From a virus, in IMG/VR virus record IMGVR_UViG_3300035102_000435: a stretch of DNA of 49,493 nt; one strand, written 5' to 3'. Every line of letters begins with the position of its first letter. Positions within the stretch are counted from its first letter, which is position 1. A program made the position numbers and the translations under genes. Of the stretch, positions 18,920-27,457 are shown piece by piece. Below the pieces are notes generated by a model that was not told where the DNA came from, did no database searches, and saw only the letters and a program-made list of their open reading frames with translations.

Positions 18920-20599
18920 ATGAATTTAATCGACAAAGCTGTAAAATATCTTAGTCCTCAGACTGCACTAAAAAGAGAATATGCAAGAGAAAGACTTAAT
19001 GCATGGGAGAAATTTAAAAACTCTGGGTACAGCGAAAGCGGAGCCAGCCATCAGAAAAAATCAATGAAAGGTTGGAATTCATTAAGTCGCAGCCCTAACG
19101 AAGATATTAATGACAATCTCGATACATTAAGACAGCGCTCAAGATCATTATTTATGGGGTCACCTTTAGCTGCTTCTGCAATCAAAACCAACAGGACCAA
19201 TGTTGTAGGTGCCGGTTTAAAACTAAAATCAAAAGTAGATGCTGAAACTTTAGGAATAAGAGAAGAACAAGCTGATCAGTGGGAAAGAAAAGTCGAAAAA
19301 GAATTTAGTTTGTGGGCAGAATCAGTTTGGGCCGATAATTTAAGACTTAATAATTTTTATGAGCTGCAGGGTCTGGCACTAATGTCCTGGCTAATAAATG
19401 GAGATGTTTTTCCACTCATTAAAAGAGATGAAGCAAAAAGTTGGATGCCTTATACTTTAAGGCTGCACCTTGTAGAAGGTGATAGAATAGGCACTCCTAA
19501 TGTAGGAAGTAATTTTAGTTATTCAAGTTTTTATAGTGCTCAGTATAATACTTCTGGTAAAAATAGTGAAACTGGAAATCCTATCTATAATGGTGTTGAA
19601 GTTGATCAAGAAAGTGGGGCTGTGGTCGCTTATTGGGTAGCAAATAGACATCCGAAAAAGAAAATGGATGGCCACTTCACAAAATGGAAAAGAGTTAAAG
19701 CTTTTGGAGACAAAACTGGGGAACCTAATATCTTACATTTAATGGAGCCTGAAAGATGCGAACAGTACAGAGGTGTACCTTATCTTGCTCCGGTTATTGA
19801 ATCCTTAAAACAAATAACTAGATATACAAAAGCAGAGTTGACTGCAGCAGTTGTGCAGTCATTTTTTACTGCATTTATTAAACAAGATGGCCCGGCCAAT
19901 GAAATACCTTTTGGAGAAACCTTTATGGGTGAAGAACAGGTAGATGAAGAAGATCCAAATTCTTACGAAATGGGAGCCGGGACAATCAATGTCTTAGGTG
20001 AAGGTGAAAGTGTTGAATTTGGAGATCCGACCAGACCGGGAAATAATTTCGAGCCATTCATAAATGCGATAGCCAAACAAATTGGTGCAGCTTTAGAAAT
20101 ACCATATGAGTTATTAAATAAAGCGTTTCTTTCTTCATATTCAGCGAGTAGAGCTGCATTGTTAGAAGCCTGGAAAGCATTTAAAATGCGGAGAACCTGG
20201 TTTGCTAATGATTTTTGCCAGCCAGTGTATGAATTATGGTTAACAGAAGCAGTTGCCCGGGGCAGAATTAAAGCACCTGGTTACTTCAATGATCCTGCCA
20301 TTAAAAGAGCCTGGGCTTCTGCAGAATGGATAGGACCAGCTCCAGGACAGGTTGATCCAGTGAAAGAGGTCACTGCTGCAATTATGAGAATAGAAAATGG
20401 TTTATCAACTAGAGAAAGAGAAACCACCGAGCTCAATGGAAGCAATTGGGACGATAATATAAAACAGCTACTGAAGGAAAACAAAAAGATCAGAGAAGCC
20501 TATGATGGGCTTGGGGAGGATGATCAAAATGCTGTTCAAAATCTAGTTAAGACTCTATATAACAAAGAGATTGAAAAGGGGGCGACAGAAATTGACTAA
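18920..20599 (+). CDS. Portal protein (lambda gpB-like)
   Basis: About 560-aa ORF after terL and the gpW-like gene; ORF in track from GTG 18911, ATG at 18920 preceded by GGTAGGTGA. Confidence 0.8.
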   Translation: MNLIDKAVKYLSPQTALKREYARERLNAWEKFKNSGYSESGASHQKKSMKGWNSLSRSPNEDINDNLDTLRQRSRSLFMGSPLAASAIKTNRTNVVGAGLKLKSKVDAETLGIREEQADQWERKVEKEFSLWAESVWADNLRLNNFYELQGLALMSWLINGDVFPLIKRDEAKSWMPYTLRLHLVEGDRIGTPNVGSNFSYSSFYSAQYNTSGKNSETGNPIYNGVEVDQESGAVVAYWVANRHPKKKMDGHFTKWKRVKAFGDKTGEPNILHLMEPERCEQYRGVPYLAPVIESLKQITRYTKAELTAAVVQSFFTAFIKQDGPANEIPFGETFMGEEQVDEEDPNSYEMGAGTINVLGEGESVEFGDPTRPGNNFEPFINAIAKQIGAALEIPYELLNKAFLSSYSASRAALLEAWKAFKMRRTWFANDFCQPVYELWLTEAVARGRIKAPGYFNDPAIKRAWASAEWIGPAPGQVDPVKEVTAAIMRIENGLSTRERETTELNGSNWDDNIKQLLKENKKIREAYDGLGEDDQNAVQNLVKTLYNKEIEKGATEID

Positions 20600-21731
20600 G
20601 TTTTGGTCTTTTAAAAATATTGAAAATGAAGATTCAGAAAGTCTTGAATTGAGAATCGAAGGCGAGATATTAGATAGTGAAAATTCTTGGTTATATGACT
20701 GGCTTGGCATACCTTATGCTAGCAAGAACCAACTTAAGGACACTTTAATAAAAAACAAAGAAAAAGACATAACAGTTTGGATTGACAGTCCTGGAGGTTC
20801 AGTTTTTGCAGCTGCTGGTATATACACTCTGCTTAAAGAGCATAAAGGAAAAGTCACTGTAAAAATAGACAGTAAAGCAATTTCAGCAGCAAGTATGATT
20901 GCAATGGCAGCAGATGAAAGATATATTTCACCGGTTGGCCAAATTATGATTCATAATCCTATTCCGGCAAACGGAGTTTTTGGTGACGCTGAGGAACTAA
21001 GAAAAGTTGCTGATGTGTTAGACGAAATTAAAGAAGCAATTGTTAACGCTTATATAGCTGGTACTGGTCGACCAAAAGATGAAATCTGGGAAATGATGAA
21101 TCAAGAAACCTGGATGAGTGCAAATACGGCTGTAAAAGAAAAATTTGCTGATAAAGTTCTCTATCAGGATGAAGATGAAGAATTTAACGTCAAAAATATT
21201 AAGGATTATGAATTTAAAAGGTTGCAAATAGTTAACAGTATGGAAACATCTATTAAAGAGATGATTTCTATAAAATCAAATGAACAGGCTGTAGAAAACA
21301 AAAATAAGGAAGATAATTCTCAAAAGGAAGGTGATCGGGACGTGGAAATTAAAAACCTTGAAGATTTAATTAATGCTTACCCGGATTTAGTGAAGGAAGC
21401 TGAAAACAAAGCAGTTGAGTCAGAAAGAAAAAGAATTAAAAATATTGATGAGATTGCAGACAATATTGATCAGGACTTGGTTAATAAAGCTAAGTTCGAT
21501 GAACCAATGGATGCAAAAGATTTAGCTTTTGAAGCAATGAAATCTGATAAGAAAAAAGCTGGTCAGTATCTTAACAATGTTAGAGAAGATACTGAAGAGT
21601 CAGGGGTAGAAGATGTAGAAGCTAACAATTCAGCCGAAGAAGATTCTGGCCCTAAAAATGTGGATGATAAAGCTAAAAGTATAGTCGCTAAATTTGACGC
21701 TAAAAGGAGAGGAGTGAAGATTGATGGCTAA
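20571..21731 (+). CDS. Prohead protease/scaffold (S49/ClpP-like, lambda gpC-like)
   Basis: ClpP/S49-type motifs (WIDSPGGSVFAAAG, SAASMIAMAADERY, MIHNP) with an acidic coiled-coil C-terminal half; no in-frame ATG before the protease domain, so the start is non-ATG (TTG 20571 or 20592). Confidence 0.75.
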   Translation: MKRGRQKLTKFWSFKNIENEDSESLELRIEGEILDSENSWLYDWLGIPYASKNQLKDTLIKNKEKDITVWIDSPGGSVFAAAGIYTLLKEHKGKVTVKIDSKAISAASMIAMAADERYISPVGQIMIHNPIPANGVFGDAEELRKVADVLDEIKEAIVNAYIAGTGRPKDEIWEMMNQETWMSANTAVKEKFADKVLYQDEDEEFNVKNIKDYEFKRLQIVNSMETSIKEMISIKSNEQAVENKNKEDNSQKEGDRDVEIKNLEDLINAYPDLVKEAENKAVESERKRIKNIDEIADNIDQDLVNKAKFDEPMDAKDLAFEAMKSDKKKAGQYLNNVREDTEESGVEDVEANNSAEEDSGPKNVDDKAKSIVAKFDAKRRGVKIDG

Positions 21732-22098
21732 TTATGAAGTTGTTGCTAACAATGAACCTGATAATTTAGTTGCTGGCCATGAAGTAGAATTGCTGACTGC
21801 TGCTTTAACAATTGCTCAAGGACAAAGCATTCTTGAAAGAGGTAGTGTTCTGGGTGTAGTTGAAGCTGACGGCAAAGGAAAACTTTGTGATAAAGCAAGC
21901 GCCGATGGCAGTCAAGTTGCTAAATATGTATTGCCAGAAGATGTTGATACTTCTGGAGGAGATGTAACTTTAGCAGTTTGGAAAACAGGTATTTTTAATA
22001 GAAATGCTGTAATTTTTGGTGGGGATAGCACCCCGGCTGATCACGAAGATGAATTAAGAGATGTAAATATACATCTTAGAGATTCTATTAATTATTAA
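21724..22098 (+). CDS. Head decoration protein (gpD-like)
   Basis: About 124 aa, between protease and major capsid gene; ATG at 21724 after AGGAGAGGAGTGA. Confidence 0.55.
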   Translation: MANYEVVANNEPDNLVAGHEVELLTAALTIAQGQSILERGSVLGVVEADGKGKLCDKASADGSQVAKYVLPEDVDTSGGDVTLAVWKTGIFNRNAVIFGGDSTPADHEDELRDVNIHLRDSINY

Positions 22099-22117
22099 AT
22101 TCAAGGAGGAAATATAA

Positions 22118-23179
22118 ATGGCTAATGAAATTAATTTAAACAACCCTCGCACTATGAAACCTGCTAGATCAAAAAACATGCCAGTTACCACTTTTATTCG
22201 CGATACGTTTTTTGGTCAGGCAAATACTTTTTTAACAAAAACTGTTGATATCGATTTTAGAAAAGGAGGACGTCAAATAGCTCCTTTTGTTGCAAAAAAT
22301 GTTGGTGGTATCAACATGGAAAGAAAAGGCTTTGAAACTAAGAACTATGAGCCACCAAAGATCGCACCTCAAAGAGTTCTGAGACCTGAGGTATTAGAAC
22401 CTAGACTTCCAGGGGAAACAGTACACACTTCTCAATCTCCTGAAGAAAGGCAGGATTATTTCTTAGAGCAGGATTCTCAAGAGATGGAAGATTCAATTTC
22501 TCGCAGAGAGGAACTAATGTGTTCTGAGCTTTTAACAGATGGAAAAGTAACTGTTAAAGGTTATATAGATAATGATTTAACTAACTTCAGAACAGATGAG
22601 GTTAATTATCAGCTTAATAATAAGTTGACTCTTACAGGAACTGATGCTTGGAATGATTCAGCTCCATCTAGATATAAAGATCTTGCAAATGGTGTAGAAA
22701 CTGTCCTTAAGTCTGGTTATAACCCAGAAATGGCTATTATCGGACAGGATGCATGGTCTGATTTATTAAATGATAGCGATTTTAAAGATAAATTAGATAA
22801 TAGAAGAATGGAAATGGGTATGATCAATCCTGAATTTAGAACAGTTGATGGTCATGGAGTTAAATATCTTGGCTTTATCAGTGATCTAGGGCTTGATTTT
22901 TACACCTACTATTCCTGGTATATGGATTATGACGGTGTAGTTAAACCTTATTTTCCTTCTGATCATGTAGCAATCGCACCTCAGGGAATAGGAGAAATGT
23001 TGTATGCAGCTGTCACTCAGCTTGAAGATGATAAAAGATATCATACTTATGAAGGAACTAGAGTTCCTAAAATCTTTGCTGACACAAGTAATGATGCTAT
23101 GACATTTAGAATGACTTCAAAACCTTTACCAGCACCATTCGATATTGATAGCTGGTATGTAATTGACACTAGAGGTTAA
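22118..23179 (+). CDS. Major capsid protein (lambda gpE-like)
   Basis: 353 aa, in the expected position with a strong RBS (AAGGAGG); size and order match the gpE family. Confidence 0.75.
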   Translation: MANEINLNNPRTMKPARSKNMPVTTFIRDTFFGQANTFLTKTVDIDFRKGGRQIAPFVAKNVGGINMERKGFETKNYEPPKIAPQRVLRPEVLEPRLPGETVHTSQSPEERQDYFLEQDSQEMEDSISRREELMCSELLTDGKVTVKGYIDNDLTNFRTDEVNYQLNNKLTLTGTDAWNDSAPSRYKDLANGVETVLKSGYNPEMAIIGQDAWSDLLNDSDFKDKLDNRRMEMGMINPEFRTVDGHGVKYLGFISDLGLDFYTYYSWYMDYDGVVKPYFPSDHVAIAPQGIGEMLYAAVTQLEDDKRYHTYEGTRVPKIFADTSNDAMTFRMTSKPLPAPFDIDSWYVIDTRG

Positions 23180-23194
23180 TAAAGGAGGTAAATT

Positions 23195-23614
23195 ATGTTT
23201 AAAGTAACTCACGGCAAAGTTAGATTTGAAAAAACTGTATATGGAGAAAATGAAAAGGCCGGAGATATAATTTCTGGCCTTTCTGCATCTCAAGAAAAAA
23301 GTTTAGCTGAAAAAGGCTATGGAGAAATCATAAAAGATGTCAAAAAGAAAGAAAGCTCTGAATCTGATGGCCCAGGCAAAGAAAAAGAGCCTGAAATTAT
23401 TCCGGATAATCTCACTGTTGAAGAAGTTGAAAAAATAATTTCTGAAAATGATGATCTGGATGATCTTTATGACATGTTAGATTTTGAAAGAGAAACTAAG
23501 AATAGAAAAGGGGTTGTAGCCCCGCTTGAAGAGAAAATTGGTGAAATGGAAGAGCCACCAGAAGAAGGGGAAGTGAATGTTGATTTAGATCCTGATCAAG
23601 TAATCACTGATTAA
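23195..23614 (+). CDS. Hypothetical acidic protein (head module)
   Basis: 139-aa ORF; RBS AAGGAGG. Confidence 0.45.
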   Translation: MFKVTHGKVRFEKTVYGENEKAGDIISGLSASQEKSLAEKGYGEIIKDVKKKESSESDGPGKEKEPEIIPDNLTVEEVEKIISENDDLDDLYDMLDFERETKNRKGVVAPLEEKIGEMEEPPEEGEVNVDLDPDQVITD

Positions 23615-23625
23615 GGAATGATATT

Positions 23626-23958
23626 ATGCCAAAACTAAAAGATTATTTACAATCTGACCTTGATGTGTTTATGAATGTCGATGAGTTTGCAACTAACCAC
23701 AGCATAAATGGAACTGAAATGGATGTAATCGTTGATAATGATTTAATTGAACAATGGGGCAAAAACAGACAAACTGGGTTTAAAGATCCTACCGGAATAT
23801 ATAATGCAGATATGATGTTTATTGTAAAAGCTGCAGATTATGGGGATAAACCTTTACCGGGGGAAAATATTCGCTTTGACGGTGATTTGTACCAGGTAGC
23901 AGATGCAAAAGAAGAAACAGGATCATACCTAGTCGGATTGGTGGCGAACTTCTCATGA
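23626..23958 (+). CDS. Putative head-tail connector/head completion protein
   Basis: 110-aa ORF between capsid and tail genes; assigned by position only. Confidence 0.4.
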   Translation: MPKLKDYLQSDLDVFMNVDEFATNHSINGTEMDVIVDNDLIEQWGKNRQTGFKDPTGIYNADMMFIVKAADYGDKPLPGENIRFDGDLYQVADAKEETGSYLVGLVANFS

Positions 23959-24506
23959 TAAAAATCTCAACAAATATGGTTAAAGAAATCGAAAAAACTC
24001 TTGGTAGATATAAGAGTAAAACACCAATTGTTTTATATCGTGCTCTTAATAGAGCTGCATCTACTATGAGATCTAATGCAGCTAAGAAAACTCGCAAAGA
24101 ATATCATATTAAATCAAGTGATGTTAAAAAAACAATAGAAACTATCAAAGCTCGCAGGTCAAGCCTGGGGGCTTTAGTAGTTTCAGAGGGTGAACATGTA
24201 CCACTTGATAAGTTCAGGTATAAACCTAGAAAACCTAAGCCTTCTAATCCTCCCGAATTAAAAGTTGCTATTAAAAGAGACGGCTACAAAGATTTGAAAG
24301 ATGCATTTGTAACTGACATCAATGGCAACAAAATATTTAAAAGAGTTGGAACAGAAAGGTTACCTATTACCAGAATGGCTGGCCCGGCCGTTCCCCAAAT
24401 GATTTCAAACGATGAAATAGCTGATTATGCGAAAGATAGAGCAGAAGAGACATTCTATAAACGCCTTGACCATGAAGTAAAAAGAGTACTGGAGCGTGGT
24501 AAATAA
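23955..24506 (+). CDS. Putative head-tail joining/neck protein
   Basis: 183-aa ORF; position only. Confidence 0.4.
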   Translation: MIKISTNMVKEIEKTLGRYKSKTPIVLYRALNRAASTMRSNAAKKTRKEYHIKSSDVKKTIETIKARRSSLGALVVSEGEHVPLDKFRYKPRKPKPSNPPELKVAIKRDGYKDLKDAFVTDINGNKIFKRVGTERLPITRMAGPAVPQMISNDEIADYAKDRAEETFYKRLDHEVKRVLERGK

Positions 24507-24973
24507 TGGTCCCTATATTATTGCAGAAACATTTAGTTGATGAAGTATTACCCGAAGTTTTTGAAGGTACAAAATTTTTAAATACTGATAATGAAAAAGT
24601 TAATATTAATTTTTATAAACAGTACTTGCCAAAAAAAAGAAAAGATAATGATGTCTTTCCTTTTGTAAATGTAATTTTGCTTGATGGAGAAGAGCAAAGC
24701 AAAGATGCTGCTAATTCAGCTCATATTCTTTTTATGGTTGGTGTTTATGATGAAGATGAAAATAATCAAGGTTATCAAGACAGCATAATTATTTTAAATA
24801 AGATATATCAACATTTAAGAGAAAAGGAACTTTTTGATAGCAAATATGTTATTGATTATCCGGTTAAATGGATGACTAACGATGATGTAACTTACCCTTA
24901 TTTTTATAGTGCTTTAGAAACAAACTGGGAAGTCACAAAAGTTTTACAAACAAATGAAAATTTATACTCATAA
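24506..24973 (+). CDS. Putative tail completion/terminator protein
   Basis: 155-aa ORF immediately upstream of the sheath gene; position only. Confidence 0.4.
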   Translation: MVPILLQKHLVDEVLPEVFEGTKFLNTDNEKVNINFYKQYLPKKRKDNDVFPFVNVILLDGEEQSKDAANSAHILFMVGVYDEDENNQGYQDSIIILNKIYQHLREKELFDSKYVIDYPVKWMTNDDVTYPYFYSALETNWEVTKVLQTNENLYS

Positions 24974-24986
24974 AGGAGTGAATTAA

Positions 24987-26459
24987 ATGGCTTATCAACA
25001 TGGTGTATATATTACAGAACAAGCAACATCGCTAACACCTCCCGTGCAAGTTGACAGTGCTATACAGGTTATTGTAGGTACAGCACCAGTAAACTTAGTT
25101 GAAGACCCACAAGGAGCTGTTAATAAACCACTTATTGCTTATAGTTACGCCGAAGCAGTAAGTAAAGTTGGCTATTCTGATGACTTTGAAAATTACACTA
25201 TATGCCAGTCTATTGATGCATCTTTTAGAGTCTTTAATGTTGCACCAATTGTACTGATTAATGTTCTAGATCCAGCAGAACATAATATAGCTGTAACAGA
25301 TGAAGCGCATCCGATTGTTAATAATGAAATTGAAATTGAAGAAGAAGGAATAATGTTAGATGAAACCTTTTCGGTAAGCAGCGAAGACGGGGTAACCGAT
25401 TATGTAAAAGATAACGATTATAAATTATCTTTTAATGATGATGGATTTGTTGTATTAGAAGTTGTAGAAGGTGGCCAGATAGAAACCGACGGAGAAACAT
25501 CTCTAACTTTAGGATTTACAAAACTAGATCCATCTGCTGTAACTAAAGATGATGTTATCGGCGGTTACGATATTGCGACAGGTAAATATAAAGGATTAGA
25601 GAACGTCGAACAAGTATTTCCTCAATTATCAGTTATACCTGGTACTATTCTGGCCCCTGGATGGAGCCATATGCCATCGGTAGGTATTGCAATGACTTCA
25701 AAAACAAAAGGAATCAATGGTTCATTTAGCTGTCAATCAGTTCTTGATATTGACACAAATGATGTTGATGGAGCTGCTGCTTATAGTGATGCAGCTGGCT
25801 GGAAAAACGATAACAGCTATACTGATAAAAATAACATTGTTGCCTGGCCAAAAGCTATGGTTGGAGATAAGACATATTATTTTAGTGCTCTTATCGCACC
25901 ACTAATGGCTTTCATTGATAACCAAAATGAAGGTGTTCCTTTTGTATCTCCATCAAATAAACAGGCCAAAATTACAGCTACTGTTTTAGAAAATGGAGAA
26001 GAGGTATATTTGGACCAGGTGCAGGCTAATTTATTGAATAGCAATGGTATTATAACTGCTATTAATATGGATGGTTGGAAAGCTTGGGGTAACAGAACTG
26101 GCGCTTATCCATCAACTACTGATCCAAAAGACGCATTTATATCAGTCAGAAGAATGTTCGATTGGTGGGGCAATACATTTATCCGCACATATTTCCAGAA
26201 AGTTGATGATCCGACTAACTTAAGGCTAGTTGAAAATATTGTGGATAGTGAAAATATCAGAGCAAATGGTTATAAAGCAAAACAACAAATTGCTGGAGCT
26301 AAAATTGAATTTAACCAGGATGAAAATCCATTGACTGATATTATCGATGGAAAAATTGTATTCCATCAGTATTTAACACCATATCCACCAGCTAGATCAA
26401 TTACAAATATTTTAGAATTTGACCCTTATGCTCTGCAAGCAGCTCTTGGAGGTGAATAA
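24987..26459 (+). CDS. Contractile tail sheath protein
   Basis: 490 aa; N-terminus MAYQHGVYITEQATSL...PVQV is typical of phage tail sheath proteins; followed by tube, chaperone and tape-measure genes. Confidence 0.75.
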   Translation: MAYQHGVYITEQATSLTPPVQVDSAIQVIVGTAPVNLVEDPQGAVNKPLIAYSYAEAVSKVGYSDDFENYTICQSIDASFRVFNVAPIVLINVLDPAEHNIAVTDEAHPIVNNEIEIEEEGIMLDETFSVSSEDGVTDYVKDNDYKLSFNDDGFVVLEVVEGGQIETDGETSLTLGFTKLDPSAVTKDDVIGGYDIATGKYKGLENVEQVFPQLSVIPGTILAPGWSHMPSVGIAMTSKTKGINGSFSCQSVLDIDTNDVDGAAAYSDAAGWKNDNSYTDKNNIVAWPKAMVGDKTYYFSALIAPLMAFIDNQNEGVPFVSPSNKQAKITATVLENGEEVYLDQVQANLLNSNGIITAINMDGWKAWGNRTGAYPSTTDPKDAFISVRRMFDWWGNTFIRTYFQKVDDPTNLRLVENIVDSENIRANGYKAKQQIAGAKIEFNQDENPLTDIIDGKIVFHQYLTPYPPARSITNILEFDPYALQAALGGE

Positions 26460-26461
26460 TT

Positions 26462-26983
26462 ATGTCAGTAAATCCTATTCCAGAAAAAGTAGTCAACTTC
26501 AATCTTTATGATGAAGGGGAAAAAATGATTGGTATCACAGGTGAAGTGACATTACCAAATTTCGAAGCAATGTCAGAAACAATTTCCGGAGCTGGCATAG
26601 CAGGGGAATATGAAAGTCCAACGCCTGGACATTTTAGCAGCATGGAAATAGAAATTCCATATAGAACAGTGAATGGTCGCTCAACAAAGATGATGACTCC
26701 CACTGCCAAAACTATTATTTTGCGGGGGTCTCAGCAAATTAATGATTCTTCTGCTGGAACAATTGAATATCAGCCGGTAAAAATAACCATGAAAGTAGTC
26801 CCTAAAAATCTTAATTTAGGAACTATGGGAGTTGGCCAGCCATCTGAAACAGCAAATACTCTTGAAATACTCTATATCAAAATAGTTATTGATGGAGAAG
26901 AAGTTTTAGAGTATGACAAATTGAACTTTATTTATGTTGTTGATGGCCAAGATATTCTAAAAGAAGTAAGAGAACAGATATAA
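26462..26983 (+). CDS. Tail tube protein
   Basis: 173 aa, directly after the sheath gene (sheath-tube pairing as in PBSX XkdK/XkdM). Confidence 0.65.
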   Translation: MSVNPIPEKVVNFNLYDEGEKMIGITGEVTLPNFEAMSETISGAGIAGEYESPTPGHFSSMEIEIPYRTVNGRSTKMMTPTAKTIILRGSQQINDSSAGTIEYQPVKITMKVVPKNLNLGTMGVGQPSETANTLEILYIKIVIDGEEVLEYDKLNFIYVVDGQDILKEVREQI

Positions 26984-27004
26984 ATTATATAGGAGGTAAA
27001 TTAA

Positions 27005-27319
27005 ATGTCTAAAGAAGTGAAAAAAGATAATCCGTTGATCATTGAATTAAGTAAGCCAATTAAGTTTGAAGATAAGACTATAGAAAAAATTGATTTAACT
27101 GGTTTGGAATCTTTAAAAACCAGCGATTTAATTGAATTAGAAAAGCAGTTTAATTTAGATGGCAACTTTTCTTCTCAGCCAGAGGCCAGTGTAGCTTATG
27201 CAAGATTGGTATCTAATCGAGTTACAGATTTACCATTAGAATTCTTTGATCAATTAGGCGCTAAAAATATTATCAAAGTAAAGACTGCGGTAATGAATTT
27301 TTTCTATGGAGAGGAATAA
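27005..27319 (+). CDS. Tail assembly chaperone
   Basis: 104-aa ORF between tube and tape measure; an overlapping -1 frame stays open to 27468 (see the slippery site). Confidence 0.55.
   Translation: MSKEVKKDNPLIIELSKPIKFEDKTIEKIDLTGLESLKTSDLIELEKQFNLDGNFSSQPEASVAYARLVSNRVTDLPLEFFDQLGAKNIIKVKTAVMNFFYGEE
27298..27304 (+). other. Predicted -1 programmed ribosomal frameshift slippery heptamer T_TTT_TTC
   Basis: Heptamer at the end of the chaperone ORF; the -1 frame reads ...FFLWRGIKATDGKK...DFYYNLEIDELFNIADDIKAVTKNGK to a stop at 27466..27468, overlapping the tape-measure start. Confidence 0.45.
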
Positions 27320-27457
27320 AAGCTACTGATGGAAAAAAGCTAAGAAAAATTTCTGTCAGTTTAGGTTTGAAAACATCAACCAGCGTTGATTTTTATTACA
27401 ATCTAGAAATAGATGAACTTTTCAATATAGCTGATGATATAAAGGCGGTGACTAAAA

